The notes below the pieces were generated by a model, which saw nothing but the letters and a program-made list of their open reading frames with translations, made no database searches and had not been told where the DNA came from. Below, piece after piece: positions 15,855 through 24,783 of a stretch of 28,651 bases of DNA. Source of the DNA: Halobacteriota archaeon (lineage in GTDB: Archaea > Halobacteriota > Syntropharchaeia > DAOWMC01); contig JAXHTN010000001.1 of NCBI GenBank assembly GCA_034190145.1, positions 1 through 28,651 of the forward strand. Reading direction: 5' to 3'. Position 1 is the first letter of the stretch. Every line of letters begins with the position of its first letter. Position numbers and translations under genes: made by a program.

Positions 15855-16061
15855 AGCCGCTGATGGGATTCGAACCCACGATCTGCTGATTTTCCGCACC
15901 AAATTTTTAAATAAAAGGTTGAACAAAACGTCCACCTTCGTTTGGACTAATCCCGACGGAGTCGGTATATGACGTATAGCTTTGCCATACGTCGTGCAAA
16001 TGTTCAACCTTTTTGAAGGTTGTTACGAATCAGCCGCTTTACCGAGCTAAGCCACAGCGGC
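15855..16061 (-). tRNA. tRNA-Thr(CGT) with a 133-nt intron at canonical position 37/38
   Basis: 5' exon 16061-16024 GCCGCTGTGGCTTAGCTCGGTAAAGCGGCTGATTCGTA; 3' exon 15890-15855 ATCAGCAGATCGTGGGTTCGAATCCCATCAGCGGCT. Acceptor GCCGCTG/CAGCGGC, anticodon stem GCTGA/TCAGC, U73, 74-nt mature form. Confidence 0.95.
15891..16023 (-). other. Archaeal tRNA intron (BHB type), highly structured
   Basis: BHB central helix UUCG(32-35)/CGGA with bulges UA^A and AA^A. A 13-bp perfect internal stem encloses three hairpins. Confidence 0.92.
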
Positions 16062-16069
16062 ATCAAAGA

Positions 16070-17089
16070 TCATCTGGCGATCTTTTCTATCCGAGCATCT
16101 ATTACAATGTTATACTGATGAGGTGCATAAGACCTTATCTTTCTTTTGTTATCTATTCGAACAATGTAGTTCCCGGCAGCATCTTTTATCGCATTGGTTG
16201 CATCCAAGAAGAGATCATCTTCATGGCAGATATCGTAATAATGTAGGGTGCCTTTCTCTTTCAGCATCATTATCGCATCAGTTAAAAATTCTTGAGCAGT
16301 ATGCGGCAGGTTCATTATCACCCTATCCGCAATGCCTGTAAGTTTTAAGGAAAACACTCTGGAATCACCTTCGAATACTGTTGCGTTATCGATCCTATTC
16401 AACTCAATATTTCTTCGCATGTACTTTATCGCATCAGGGTTAATATCGATTGCAAAAACCTTTTTTACCTTCTTTGCAACAGGAATCACAAAAGACCCGA
16501 CTCCTGCAAACATATCTACAACCACATCATCTTGATTTATCAGACTTGCAATCCTGGATCTCTCGGTCGAGAGGCGGGGACTGAAATAAACAGTCTGAAG
16601 ATCAAGGGCATAAGAACATCCATATTCCCTGTGGATGGTCTCAGTCCTCGCCTCTCCTGAAATAACCTCATAATTCTTCACCCGAAACTCACCCTGGACC
16701 GGTGTAAGTGGTTTGAGAACCACTTTTATATTTTTATGTACTTCAAGTATCGCCTCTGCTGATGATATGGGATCAATTCCCTCTTCGGAATTTAAAATTG
16801 CAATATCGCCCACCACTTCATAAGAGGGTGAAAATCCAAGTAAGTCCTCAAGCGTCAGCCTCCCGACTACAGGTTCAAAATCCGTTATTGAAAAATCTAC
16901 AAGGGCTCCCTTAAGATTCATAGCATCAATCTCATGATATTCAGGAAAACTCTTCACAGGTATGTACAAGAACTTACCATCCGGATCGGGTGCAATCTTA
17001 AGCCCGATATCGAGGAGGTTCGCATCAATTAATCGCCTCCGTACCAATTCCCCGTACCTTTTTGCTACTTTAACAGATGGTGATTTCAT
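16070..17089 (-). CDS. trm5: Trm5-family tRNA (guanine37-N1) methyltransferase
   Basis: SYEVVGDIAI, HREYGC.YALD...YFSPRLSTER, VDMFAGVG, AIDINP.A, DRVIMNLP, plus the N-terminal D1-like domain. The Trm5a/b/c subtype cannot be resolved. Confidence 0.9.
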   Translation of the reverse strand: MKSPSVKVAKRYGELVRRRLIDANLLDIGLKIAPDPDGKFLYIPVKSFPEYHEIDAMNLKGALVDFSITDFEPVVGRLTLEDLLGFSPSYEVVGDIAILNSEEGIDPISSAEAILEVHKNIKVVLKPLTPVQGEFRVKNYEVISGEARTETIHREYGCSYALDLQTVYFSPRLSTERSRIASLINQDDVVVDMFAGVGSFVIPVAKKVKKVFAIDINPDAIKYMRRNIELNRIDNATVFEGDSRVFSLKLTGIADRVIMNLPHTAQEFLTDAIMMLKEKGTLHYYDICHEDDLFLDATNAIKDAAGNYIVRIDNKRKIRSYAPHQYNIVIDARIEKIAR

Positions 17090-17192
17090 GGCTTAAATCT
17101 CATAAGGTATTTACGTTATAGTGGTATAAACCCCTCATATTTCATCCGATTCTCCCCAAAGTATATAACTTTCTATACATCATGTAGTTATA

Positions 17193-18965
17193 ATGATCAG
17201 GAGGATTCTGACGGTAGCCAAGTGGGAGATGCTCAAGTCCAGATCCACACTTAGTCCAAAGTCAATTGCTGTCTCTATCATTTTAATTATTATTCTCTTA
17301 CTTGCTTCTGTTGCCACTTCAGAGTATGGTTTACAGATGGATGAAGGAATCTATGTTGTGGCGATATCAGGGGATATTCTTGTACCTGTTCTTGAAAGTG
17401 ACCATAGATTCAACATAGTTACAGTTACTGAGGAAGATGGAAGGCGTCTTCTCCAGTCCGGAAAAGTAGATCTCTTTATTTCGGAAGATACAGTCTTTTC
17501 AAGAAATACAAGAAAGTCAAATTCCGCTCTGAATGCCCTCGAGAGCACCACAAAGAAGTACCGTGAGCGTGAGCTATGGATTCAGAGCGATGCAGATAAC
17601 TTTTATGATGCTTTTCCCGTATGGGTAGAGACCCAGTATATAGTAAGAGAACAGACCTTCTTTATGCTGGGTGAGCAGGAAAGAAGAGAAAGAGACCTCG
17701 AAGATGATGAGGAATATGGAGCTGAAGGCATAGCAGAATCAGATGTTTCACTCCCTTCAAGAAAGGATAATCCAATGGTATTCAGAAGAACCGGAGTGGC
17801 AGATATTTTTGTTCCCCCGGAAAACATAACAACCCCATCGCAATTGTCGCCACCTATTCCATTTGAATCTGTGCTTCTCTCATTCATGTTCATATTTCCC
17901 ATGTATTTCGTAACCCAGTTCTACTCAGCAAGTATAATGAGTGAGAGGGTGAATAGAAGGTGTGAGCTTCTTCTTGCTTCACCGGTACGTAGAAGTGAGA
18001 TAGTTATCGGCAAGATGCTCCCATATCTTGCAATTACGCTTTTAACTGTCAGCGGAATCTCTCTATTTTTGAGTGATTTGGTTACCACGTTGAATATTCT
18101 CACACTCCTATTTCCAGTGACTTTGTTCTTCTTAGCTATAGCATTCTTCACGGCGATACTTGCAAGAAGTTTTAAGGAACTCACATTTGTATCCGTATTC
18201 TTTGCTACCGCGATGTCATCTTATCTATTCCTTCCAGCTATGTTTATGAACGTTCCCACGATCAGTGCAATCTCACCGATGACCTTTGTTGTCAAACTCC
18301 TCGAAGGTGAAGAATTTGCAACAATTGAGTATCTCTTCTCAACAGTTCCATTTTACCTTACAGCAATAGCACTAATTGCGTTTTCTACATTCATATTTAG
18401 GGAAGAAGACCTATTTACTCAAAAACCAGTGATATCAAAGACAATGGACGTGATTGAAGCATCCTTGTCAAAGAGACACCCGTATATATCTATATTTGTC
18501 CTCAGTATAGTCTTCATACCCTTTGCTTTCATGGCTGAACTTATGATGTTGACCCTCTTCTTTAACGTCCCGCTTCCATATTCATTAATCTTGTTTATGC
18601 TATTCATTGCGCTGATAGAAGAGATGCTTAAATCAATAGGGATAGTCGCACTATTCTCACGAAAGTTAATCGAACCCACAACAAAGAACGCGCTTATACT
18701 TGCTTTTCTTTCAGCTTTGGGATTTTTCATTGGTGAGAAGGGACTGATCATAGTCACACTCGTACCACTCCTCGCATCTCCTTTTGGGTTGATAATGTTC
18801 GGAAGGCTGCTATTTCCACTCATTCTGCATACAGTTACCGTAATAATTCCTGCCGTTGGGATGCGATACTACGGAGTCAGAAGATATCCAATCTTCCTTA
18901 TTATTTCAGTACTTGTCCACAGCGCATACAACCTTATAATATCATGGGGGGTTCTATTTGGCTAG
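17193..18965 (+). CDS. ABC-2 type permease fused to a C-terminal PrsW-like intramembrane glutamic protease domain
   Basis: AKWEMLK N-terminus, SIMSERVNRRCELLLASPV....IVIGKMLPY (ABC-2). C-terminal IEEMLK, FFIGEK, LHTV and VHSAYN match PrsW/CPBP motifs. Confidence 0.8.
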   Translation: MIRRILTVAKWEMLKSRSTLSPKSIAVSIILIIILLLASVATSEYGLQMDEGIYVVAISGDILVPVLESDHRFNIVTVTEEDGRRLLQSGKVDLFISEDTVFSRNTRKSNSALNALESTTKKYRERELWIQSDADNFYDAFPVWVETQYIVREQTFFMLGEQERRERDLEDDEEYGAEGIAESDVSLPSRKDNPMVFRRTGVADIFVPPENITTPSQLSPPIPFESVLLSFMFIFPMYFVTQFYSASIMSERVNRRCELLLASPVRRSEIVIGKMLPYLAITLLTVSGISLFLSDLVTTLNILTLLFPVTLFFLAIAFFTAILARSFKELTFVSVFFATAMSSYLFLPAMFMNVPTISAISPMTFVVKLLEGEEFATIEYLFSTVPFYLTAIALIAFSTFIFREEDLFTQKPVISKTMDVIEASLSKRHPYISIFVLSIVFIPFAFMAELMMLTLFFNVPLPYSLILFMLFIALIEEMLKSIGIVALFSRKLIEPTTKNALILAFLSALGFFIGEKGLIIVTLVPLLASPFGLIMFGRLLFPLILHTVTVIIPAVGMRYYGVRRYPIFLIISVLVHSAYNLIISWGVLFG

Positions 18966-20019
18966 TAAAGTGTTAATTATTGCGAGAAAAGAGTTGAGAA
19001 GTCTTATAAATGAGAAGACACTCGTCCTTGCGATCCTTATCCAGCTATTTATAGCTTCATTTTCTTCATTTCTTGTGATCGGTCTTACCTCGTTTTATGA
19101 TCCGGAATCAATAGGTGCAGATATTGGCAATGTCAATCTGGGAGTTTATGGAGACAGGGAGAATGGGCTTGTGAAGATGCTCGAGGAAGATAGAAGGGTA
19201 AAATTGAGATACTACACGTCTTTTAGTGATGCAAAAGATCAATTTATGGATAATAGGATAGATGGGATACTTGTAGTTCCAAATATGCCTGAAAATAGCT
19301 CTGATGCTATAAAAATAGATATATTCTTACCTGAAAATGATTTAAAATCTACATTGATAACAGTTCATCTTAAAGAACCATTTGAGGAGTTTGAACAACA
19401 GTTAAGACTGGATGATATAGAAAAATTACCTCCTGTGGCAAAATTGAACGTTGAAGGTGCAAAATCTACCTCAAGTTACTTCGAGTTCATATATGGACTA
19501 TTGATACCGCTTCTGATGTTCACACCAGCATTTATATCAGGCGGACTTATAATTGACCTTATAACTGAGGAGTTTGACCACAAGACGATCGATCTACTCA
19601 GAATCGCACCGATAACAACTAGCGAGATTATTCAAGGTAAGCTCTTACTTTCGACCATAATTTCTCCTGTTCAAGCTTTTGCTTGGGTAGCCCTGCTTAC
19701 ACTGAACGGGATTGCTATATATAATGTTACAGCCTTACTGATACTAGTCACAGCCATAACAGGTCTTCTCGTCTTTTTTGGTGCCATACTATCACTACAA
19801 TTTAAAGAGAGAGGTCAAGTCCATTTCATGTACTCAATTCTGCTTCTTCTTTTGTTCACAATATCATCACTCATGCCAAATTCACCATTCAATCTCACGG
19901 CAAAACTCTCAGTTGGTAGCGTAGACATGAGTGGCTTTATGATGCTTGGTTTTTATATCGTTATTCTCATTCCATTGTACCTGGTGATGAGAAGATCGAT
20001 ATATTCTCTTGAGGGTTGA
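18958..20019 (+). CDS. ABC-2 type permease
   Basis: IARKELRSL, LITEEFDHKTIDLLRIAPIT..EIIQGK, multiple TM helices. Overlaps the upstream stop by 8 nt. Confidence 0.85.
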   Translation: MASKVLIIARKELRSLINEKTLVLAILIQLFIASFSSFLVIGLTSFYDPESIGADIGNVNLGVYGDRENGLVKMLEEDRRVKLRYYTSFSDAKDQFMDNRIDGILVVPNMPENSSDAIKIDIFLPENDLKSTLITVHLKEPFEEFEQQLRLDDIEKLPPVAKLNVEGAKSTSSYFEFIYGLLIPLLMFTPAFISGGLIIDLITEEFDHKTIDLLRIAPITTSEIIQGKLLLSTIISPVQAFAWVALLTLNGIAIYNVTALLILVTAITGLLVFFGAILSLQFKERGQVHFMYSILLLLLFTISSLMPNSPFNLTAKLSVGSVDMSGFMMLGFYIVILIPLYLVMRRSIYSLEG

Positions 20020-20022
20020 GAA

Positions 20023-20643
20023 GTGAGACTAGTGGTCAAGATAGGGGGAAGCCTTAGGGATAGGGGTAGAGAGGTGATTGAGATACTTATTAAGCTTTCA
20101 CACGATTCTGAGGCAAAGATAGTGGTCGTCCCGGGTGGAGGGGTTTTTGCAGATCTCGTGAGGGAGCATTCAAAAGAGATATCTCAAGATACAGCCCACT
20201 GGATGGCAATCCATGCAATGGATCAATATGGTCTTTACCTTGCTGATGGTTCATCTGTTCAGCTCTTCGAGGATCTCGGCAAGATAGGGGATTCTAAAGG
20301 GACTTTTATACTTTTACCTTATATGATAATGAGGCAGCTCGATCCTCTCCCTCATAGTTGGGATGTGACATCAGATACTATTGCGGCATGGGTGGCAAAT
20401 GAGATTGGTGCCGAGTTCATAAAACTGACTGATGTTGATGGAATATTCTTGTGCGGATCACTTCAAGAAGAGATTAAGGCTGAAGAGTTGATAGGTAAGA
20501 GAACATGCATTGATAGAGAGCTACCGAAGTTTCTTATGGACAATGCAATGAACTGCACAGTCTTAAATGGAAAATATCCAGAAAGGATTACCGATGCAAT
20601 TATAAAAAGGGAGTTTATTGGCACCGTGATATTAGGTAACTGA
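20023..20643 (+). CDS. mfnE: Amino-acid-kinase family protein, MfnE-like (methanofuran biosynthesis kinase)
   Basis: VVKIGGSL, VPGGGVFADLVR, AHWMAIHAMDQYG, LPHSWDVTSD, LTDVDGI. Confidence 0.75.
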   Translation: MRLVVKIGGSLRDRGREVIEILIKLSHDSEAKIVVVPGGGVFADLVREHSKEISQDTAHWMAIHAMDQYGLYLADGSSVQLFEDLGKIGDSKGTFILLPYMIMRQLDPLPHSWDVTSDTIAAWVANEIGAEFIKLTDVDGIFLCGSLQEEIKAEELIGKRTCIDRELPKFLMDNAMNCTVLNGKYPERITDAIIKREFIGTVILGN

Positions 20644-20656
20644 GGGCCGTCAGGTA

Positions 20657-21523
20657 TCAAACAAGCATGTAGTCAACAACATCATTTATTGTAAAGACTT
20701 CTACGACCTCCATATCACTCTCGTTTAGATAATCATTCAGATCGACTATCTTCGAATCATATCGGACTCGTTCGATCGTGAAGAATAAGATCCTCTCTTC
20801 TTCAATTACTTTCTCATTCAACCTCACAAGAGATCCTCCATGTGGCACAAGAAATGTGCTTGCACCATCATCAGTTGCGGCTTGAGCCTTCTCAAGTACA
20901 CCATTTACAGACCCCACCCATCCTGAAGGTTCGATAGTTCCAGTAACGAGAACATCATCTCTCAGATCTCTATCTTCGATTGCGGCAATCGCTACTGTAG
21001 TCATAATTGCACCGGCGGACGGTCCACCAAGCATTATTGTGTCATTGAGATCAAAGGTAATTATGACATCATTTTGCAAAAGACTCTTTCCGGTAAAGTT
21101 TTGTGCAACTTCGACAGCAATTTTCGCCGAAAGTTGTGTATCAGCTTCAATAAAGGGGTTTGTATTTATGAGGACTCTCCCCTGACCCTCTACTATCTCT
21201 ACTGAAACTTCTCCCAGAGTACCAGTATTATCCGACCCGTTAACGGCAACAAGTTTACCTCTCTTTATCCTTCCCCCTCCGTCAAGCGGCACTGCCGCCT
21301 CATTCATGCAAGTGAAATTGACCTCCTCGTTGCGTGTATACTTCAGTTTTGAAATTAGAACCTCTTGCTCTGTTACCTTATTATGAAGTTCATCTATTAT
21401 AGAATCCTGAAAGCTGATTACCATAAAAAGGCCTACTGAGGCCACAGTCATAACAATAAGTAATAGTCCGAGAATTACGATGAGCCATGATCTGCGATGC
21501 ATTGTAGAATATCTTGTTTTCAA
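20657..21523 (-). CDS. Membrane-anchored Lon-like S16 serine protease domain protein (no AAA+ module)
   Basis: N-terminal TM helix and coiled segment, GRVLINT, GGPSAGA (Ser), VTGTI...GSVNGVLEKA (Lys). Start 21523 or 21502. Confidence 0.85.
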   Translation of the reverse strand: MKTRYSTMHRRSWLIVILGLLLIVMTVASVGLFMVISFQDSIIDELHNKVTEQEVLISKLKYTRNEEVNFTCMNEAAVPLDGGGRIKRGKLVAVNGSDNTGTLGEVSVEIVEGQGRVLINTNPFIEADTQLSAKIAVEVAQNFTGKSLLQNDVIITFDLNDTIMLGGPSAGAIMTTVAIAAIEDRDLRDDVLVTGTIEPSGWVGSVNGVLEKAQAATDDGASTFLVPHGGSLVRLNEKVIEEERILFFTIERVRYDSKIVDLNDYLNESDMEVVEVFTINDVVDYMLV

Positions 21524-21570
21524 GACCTTTTTAAGGTTTTGTTAAATGATATTTTTTGAAATTAATACCT

Positions 21571-23277
21571 CTACAGATCCGGAATAGAGAATTTATCACT
21601 GATAACATACCTGTAACCCTGTTCTGTAAGGAATATCTGCCTCTTTGCGGAGTAGTCCTGATCCCTTGTATCCTTTGTCACAATGGAATAGAAGTAAGCA
21701 ACAGAACCATCTTTTTTTGGCCTGAGTATCCTTCCCAAACGTTGCGCCTCTTCCTGCCTTGAACCAAATGTCCCGGATATCTGAACGGCCACATTGGCAT
21801 CCGGAAGATCAATTGCAAAATTTGCAACCTTCGACACCACGAGGATATCTATCTTACCTTCTCTGAACATATCATAAAGTTCAATTCTCTCTTTGTTTGG
21901 AGTTTTTCCTGTGAGTAGTGGAGCTTTAAGCAGTTCGGATATCTCAGTAAGCTGATCGATGTACATCCCTATAATTAATATCTTATCCCCCCTATCTCCA
22001 TGATATTTGACAATATCCTTCAGTGGCTCCACCTTTTTAGGGTTCTCTGCCGAAATCCTATACTTTTGCCTATCTTTTGCCATCGCATACTTCATCCTAA
22101 GCTCTTCTGGCATAGGTATTCTAATCTCGGCACACACAGCCTTAGCTATCCATCCCTGCTTCTCAAGATCCTTCCATGGAGCATCATACTTCTTGGGACC
22201 TATAAGCGAGAAGACTTCATCCTCCTTTCCGTCCTCCCTTACGAGTGTTGCGGTCAGCCCCAGACGCCTCATCGACTGTATCTCTGCTGTGATTCTAAAT
22301 ATTGGCGCGGGAAGTAAGTGAACTTCATCATATACTATAAGACCCCAATTCCGCTCTTTGAAGAGACTGAGATGGGGGAATTCTTCGTTTTTGGTTCTGT
22401 GAGATAGTATCTGATACGTAGCTATCGTTACTGGTTTAATCTCTTTTATTTCGCCTGAGTACTCTCCGATATCATCTCTTGATAAAGTCGTTTTGTCATA
22501 GAGTTCCTCTATCCATTGCCTTGAAGCAATTGTGCTAGGAGTTATAATTAGGGTATGACAATTGAGTTTTGACATAATGCCGATTCCAACTATCGTCTTT
22601 CCTGCACCACAGGGTAAAACGACAGTCCCGCTTCCGCCAAAGATACTACCACCAGCATAAAATGAACCGATTGCATCATTCTGGTACTGACGTAAAACAA
22701 AAGACTTGCCCACATTAGTCTCTTCGAGCAGGTCAATTGATATGTGATCACCTGTTATGTATCCTGCAATATCCTCTGCTGGAAAACCAAGTTCTATAAG
22801 GGCATGTTTAATATGGCCCCGCATACCCGGGTCAATCTCTAATGTCCCTTTATCAATCTGACTTTTGAGGTATCTGTTCACACGATTATTGTTCCACACC
22901 TCAGAGATCAATGTGGCATCATCACTTACCAGAACCAATAATTCCCCGTCCTTCTTCAGTTTTATGCGCCCATATCGTGAAACATAGTCAATTATATCTG
23001 CACGGACGTTTTCAGGGACATCGTATTTACTGCACTCTTCGAGAGCATCTAAGATCATGTCTGAACTCATACCAGAAGCAGCTGCATTCCATAAGGATAG
23101 ATTAGTAATCTTGTAAGTATGAATATGTTCAGGACTTTTTACAAGCTCGGCAAAAAGCCCAAGTCTATCACGCGCATTTTCATAACAAGGATTGTTCACC
23201 TCCAGAAGAACAGTCCTATCACTCTGGACAATCAGTGGCTTCTTTTGTGTATCATTATAGGATGCATTGGATATCAT
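21571..23277 (-). CDS. xpb: XPB/Ssl2/Rad25 DNA repair helicase
   Basis: PLIVQSDRTVLLE, AELVKSPEHIHTY, VLPCGAGKT, DEVH, LGLTATLVRED, GSRQEEAQRLGRILRPK. Confidence 0.93.
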   Translation of the reverse strand: MISNASYNDTQKKPLIVQSDRTVLLEVNNPCYENARDRLGLFAELVKSPEHIHTYKITNLSLWNAAASGMSSDMILDALEECSKYDVPENVRADIIDYVSRYGRIKLKKDGELLVLVSDDATLISEVWNNNRVNRYLKSQIDKGTLEIDPGMRGHIKHALIELGFPAEDIAGYITGDHISIDLLEETNVGKSFVLRQYQNDAIGSFYAGGSIFGGSGTVVLPCGAGKTIVGIGIMSKLNCHTLIITPSTIASRQWIEELYDKTTLSRDDIGEYSGEIKEIKPVTIATYQILSHRTKNEEFPHLSLFKERNWGLIVYDEVHLLPAPIFRITAEIQSMRRLGLTATLVREDGKEDEVFSLIGPKKYDAPWKDLEKQGWIAKAVCAEIRIPMPEELRMKYAMAKDRQKYRISAENPKKVEPLKDIVKYHGDRGDKILIIGMYIDQLTEISELLKAPLLTGKTPNKERIELYDMFREGKIDILVVSKVANFAIDLPDANVAVQISGTFGSRQEEAQRLGRILRPKKDGSVAYFYSIVTKDTRDQDYSAKRQIFLTEQGYRYVISDKFSIPDL

Positions 23278-23458
23278 ATACCATCCCCATCAATCTCCCA
23301 ATCTAAACAAAGTAGTTAATTGTATGTAATCAACTTAAATGTTGTCCGACGCACCCTCCAATTATATAGAATAAATCAGAAGATTTAATAAATAGTGGGG
23401 GATAAATTTAATTAGATAGTGAAGTTTCTGATCCTAATTTTTACTGAGGGAGATAGTT

Positions 23459-24727
23459 TTGATTAAAATTGAAAAAGACGGATTAATTGAGAACTATAAT
23501 GTGCTAGAAGAGTCCAAAACTGAATTTCTTCCAGAAGAGGTTTGGATATGGGATGAAACCCTCAGAGATGGCGAACAAACTCCGGGAGTTTTTCTCACAA
23601 TAGATGAAAAGATAGAGCTTGCAAAACTTATGGACGAGATGGGAGTTGCCGTAATTGCTGCAGGATTTCCTGCAGTCTCCCAAAGCGAGAAAGATACAAT
23701 TAAAAAGATTTCAAGTGAGAATCTTAGTCTTTCTGTTGCAGCCCCTGCAAGAGCAATGAGATCGGATATTGATGCTTGTCTCGATTGTGAGGTTGACGAG
23801 GTACCGATCTTCATCGCTTCAAGTGACCTACACCTCAAGTACAAATTGAGAATGTCAAAAGAAGAGGTAATGGAGGCTGTTTCTGATTCTATCAGTTACG
23901 CAAAGAATCATGGTGTTGTTGTTGATTTTATAACAGAAGATTCCTCAAGAACCCAGATCGATTTCTTGATAGAACTTCATAAAGTTGCTATCGAAGCAGG
24001 CGTTGATAAAATATGTGCTTGCGATACAGTGGGTTTTCTAAGGCCCCTTTCTATGAAATATCTGATGAGAAGAATCAGAGAAGAGGTATTGAAGGTGAGA
24101 AAGGTCCCTCTTGCCGTACACTGCCATGACGATTTCGGTCTAGCAACATCGAATACACTAGCAGGGATAGAAGAGGGAGTTACATACCCACTCACCTGCA
24201 TAAATGGTTATGGTGAGAGGGCGGGAAATGCACCACTCGAAGAGGTTGTTATGGCTCTAGAAGTCCTTTATGGCATCAACACACACATCAAGACCGAGAA
24301 GTTGTATGAGCTTTCAACTCTCACTGAGAAATATTTCACCGTTCCAATGCCGGTTCATAAGGCTATTGTAGGTGAGAATGCATTCAGCCACGAATCCGGG
24401 ATTCACATCCATGGAGAGATGGAGCATCATAGGGCATACGAACCTATATCACCAAGTTCCATAGGACGAGAACGAAGATTCTTCCTGGGAAAGTTTACAG
24501 GAGCTCATGCGATCAGGCACGAGCTTGAGAAGAAGGGGATAGATGCCACAGATGAAGAGGTAGCAATCATCGTTGATAGGATTAAAGATTTACAGGAAAG
24601 GATAGGCAAAGACGATATGCGCAGAGCATTTAATGATGTTAAGAGAATAATGTCGGAGATGCATAAGGGAGTGACCGAAGAAGAACTTTGGAAGATCACA
24701 AAAGAGATCACCGGCAAGGATATATAA
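23459..24727 (+). CDS. DRE-TIM acyl-CoA condensing enzyme, homocitrate synthase (AksA/NifV)-like, without LeuA regulatory domain
   Basis: DETLRDGEQTPG, HCHDDFGLA, NGYGERAGNA, AFSHESGIH, YEP. Substrate uncertain. Confidence 0.85.
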   Translation: MIKIEKDGLIENYNVLEESKTEFLPEEVWIWDETLRDGEQTPGVFLTIDEKIELAKLMDEMGVAVIAAGFPAVSQSEKDTIKKISSENLSLSVAAPARAMRSDIDACLDCEVDEVPIFIASSDLHLKYKLRMSKEEVMEAVSDSISYAKNHGVVVDFITEDSSRTQIDFLIELHKVAIEAGVDKICACDTVGFLRPLSMKYLMRRIREEVLKVRKVPLAVHCHDDFGLATSNTLAGIEEGVTYPLTCINGYGERAGNAPLEEVVMALEVLYGINTHIKTEKLYELSTLTEKYFTVPMPVHKAIVGENAFSHESGIHIHGEMEHHRAYEPISPSSIGRERRFFLGKFTGAHAIRHELEKKGIDATDEEVAIIVDRIKDLQERIGKDDMRRAFNDVKRIMSEMHKGVTEEELWKITKEITGKDI

Positions 24728-24783
24728 CTTCAAAAAAGAATGATATTCCTATAAAGGTTAAAATTTGTAAGAAGGCACCCTCA

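Noticed and set aside
15855-15890. tRNA 3' ends as integration sites (att duplications)
   Set aside because: No second copy of either tRNA 3' end and no integrase in the window. No CRISPR array or transposase gene was seen either.
21524-21542. Minus strand AACCTTAAAAAGGT resembles the element's 5' hairpin
   Set aside because: Only about 14 AT-rich nt, and explainable as promoter/SD sequence of the downstream gene.
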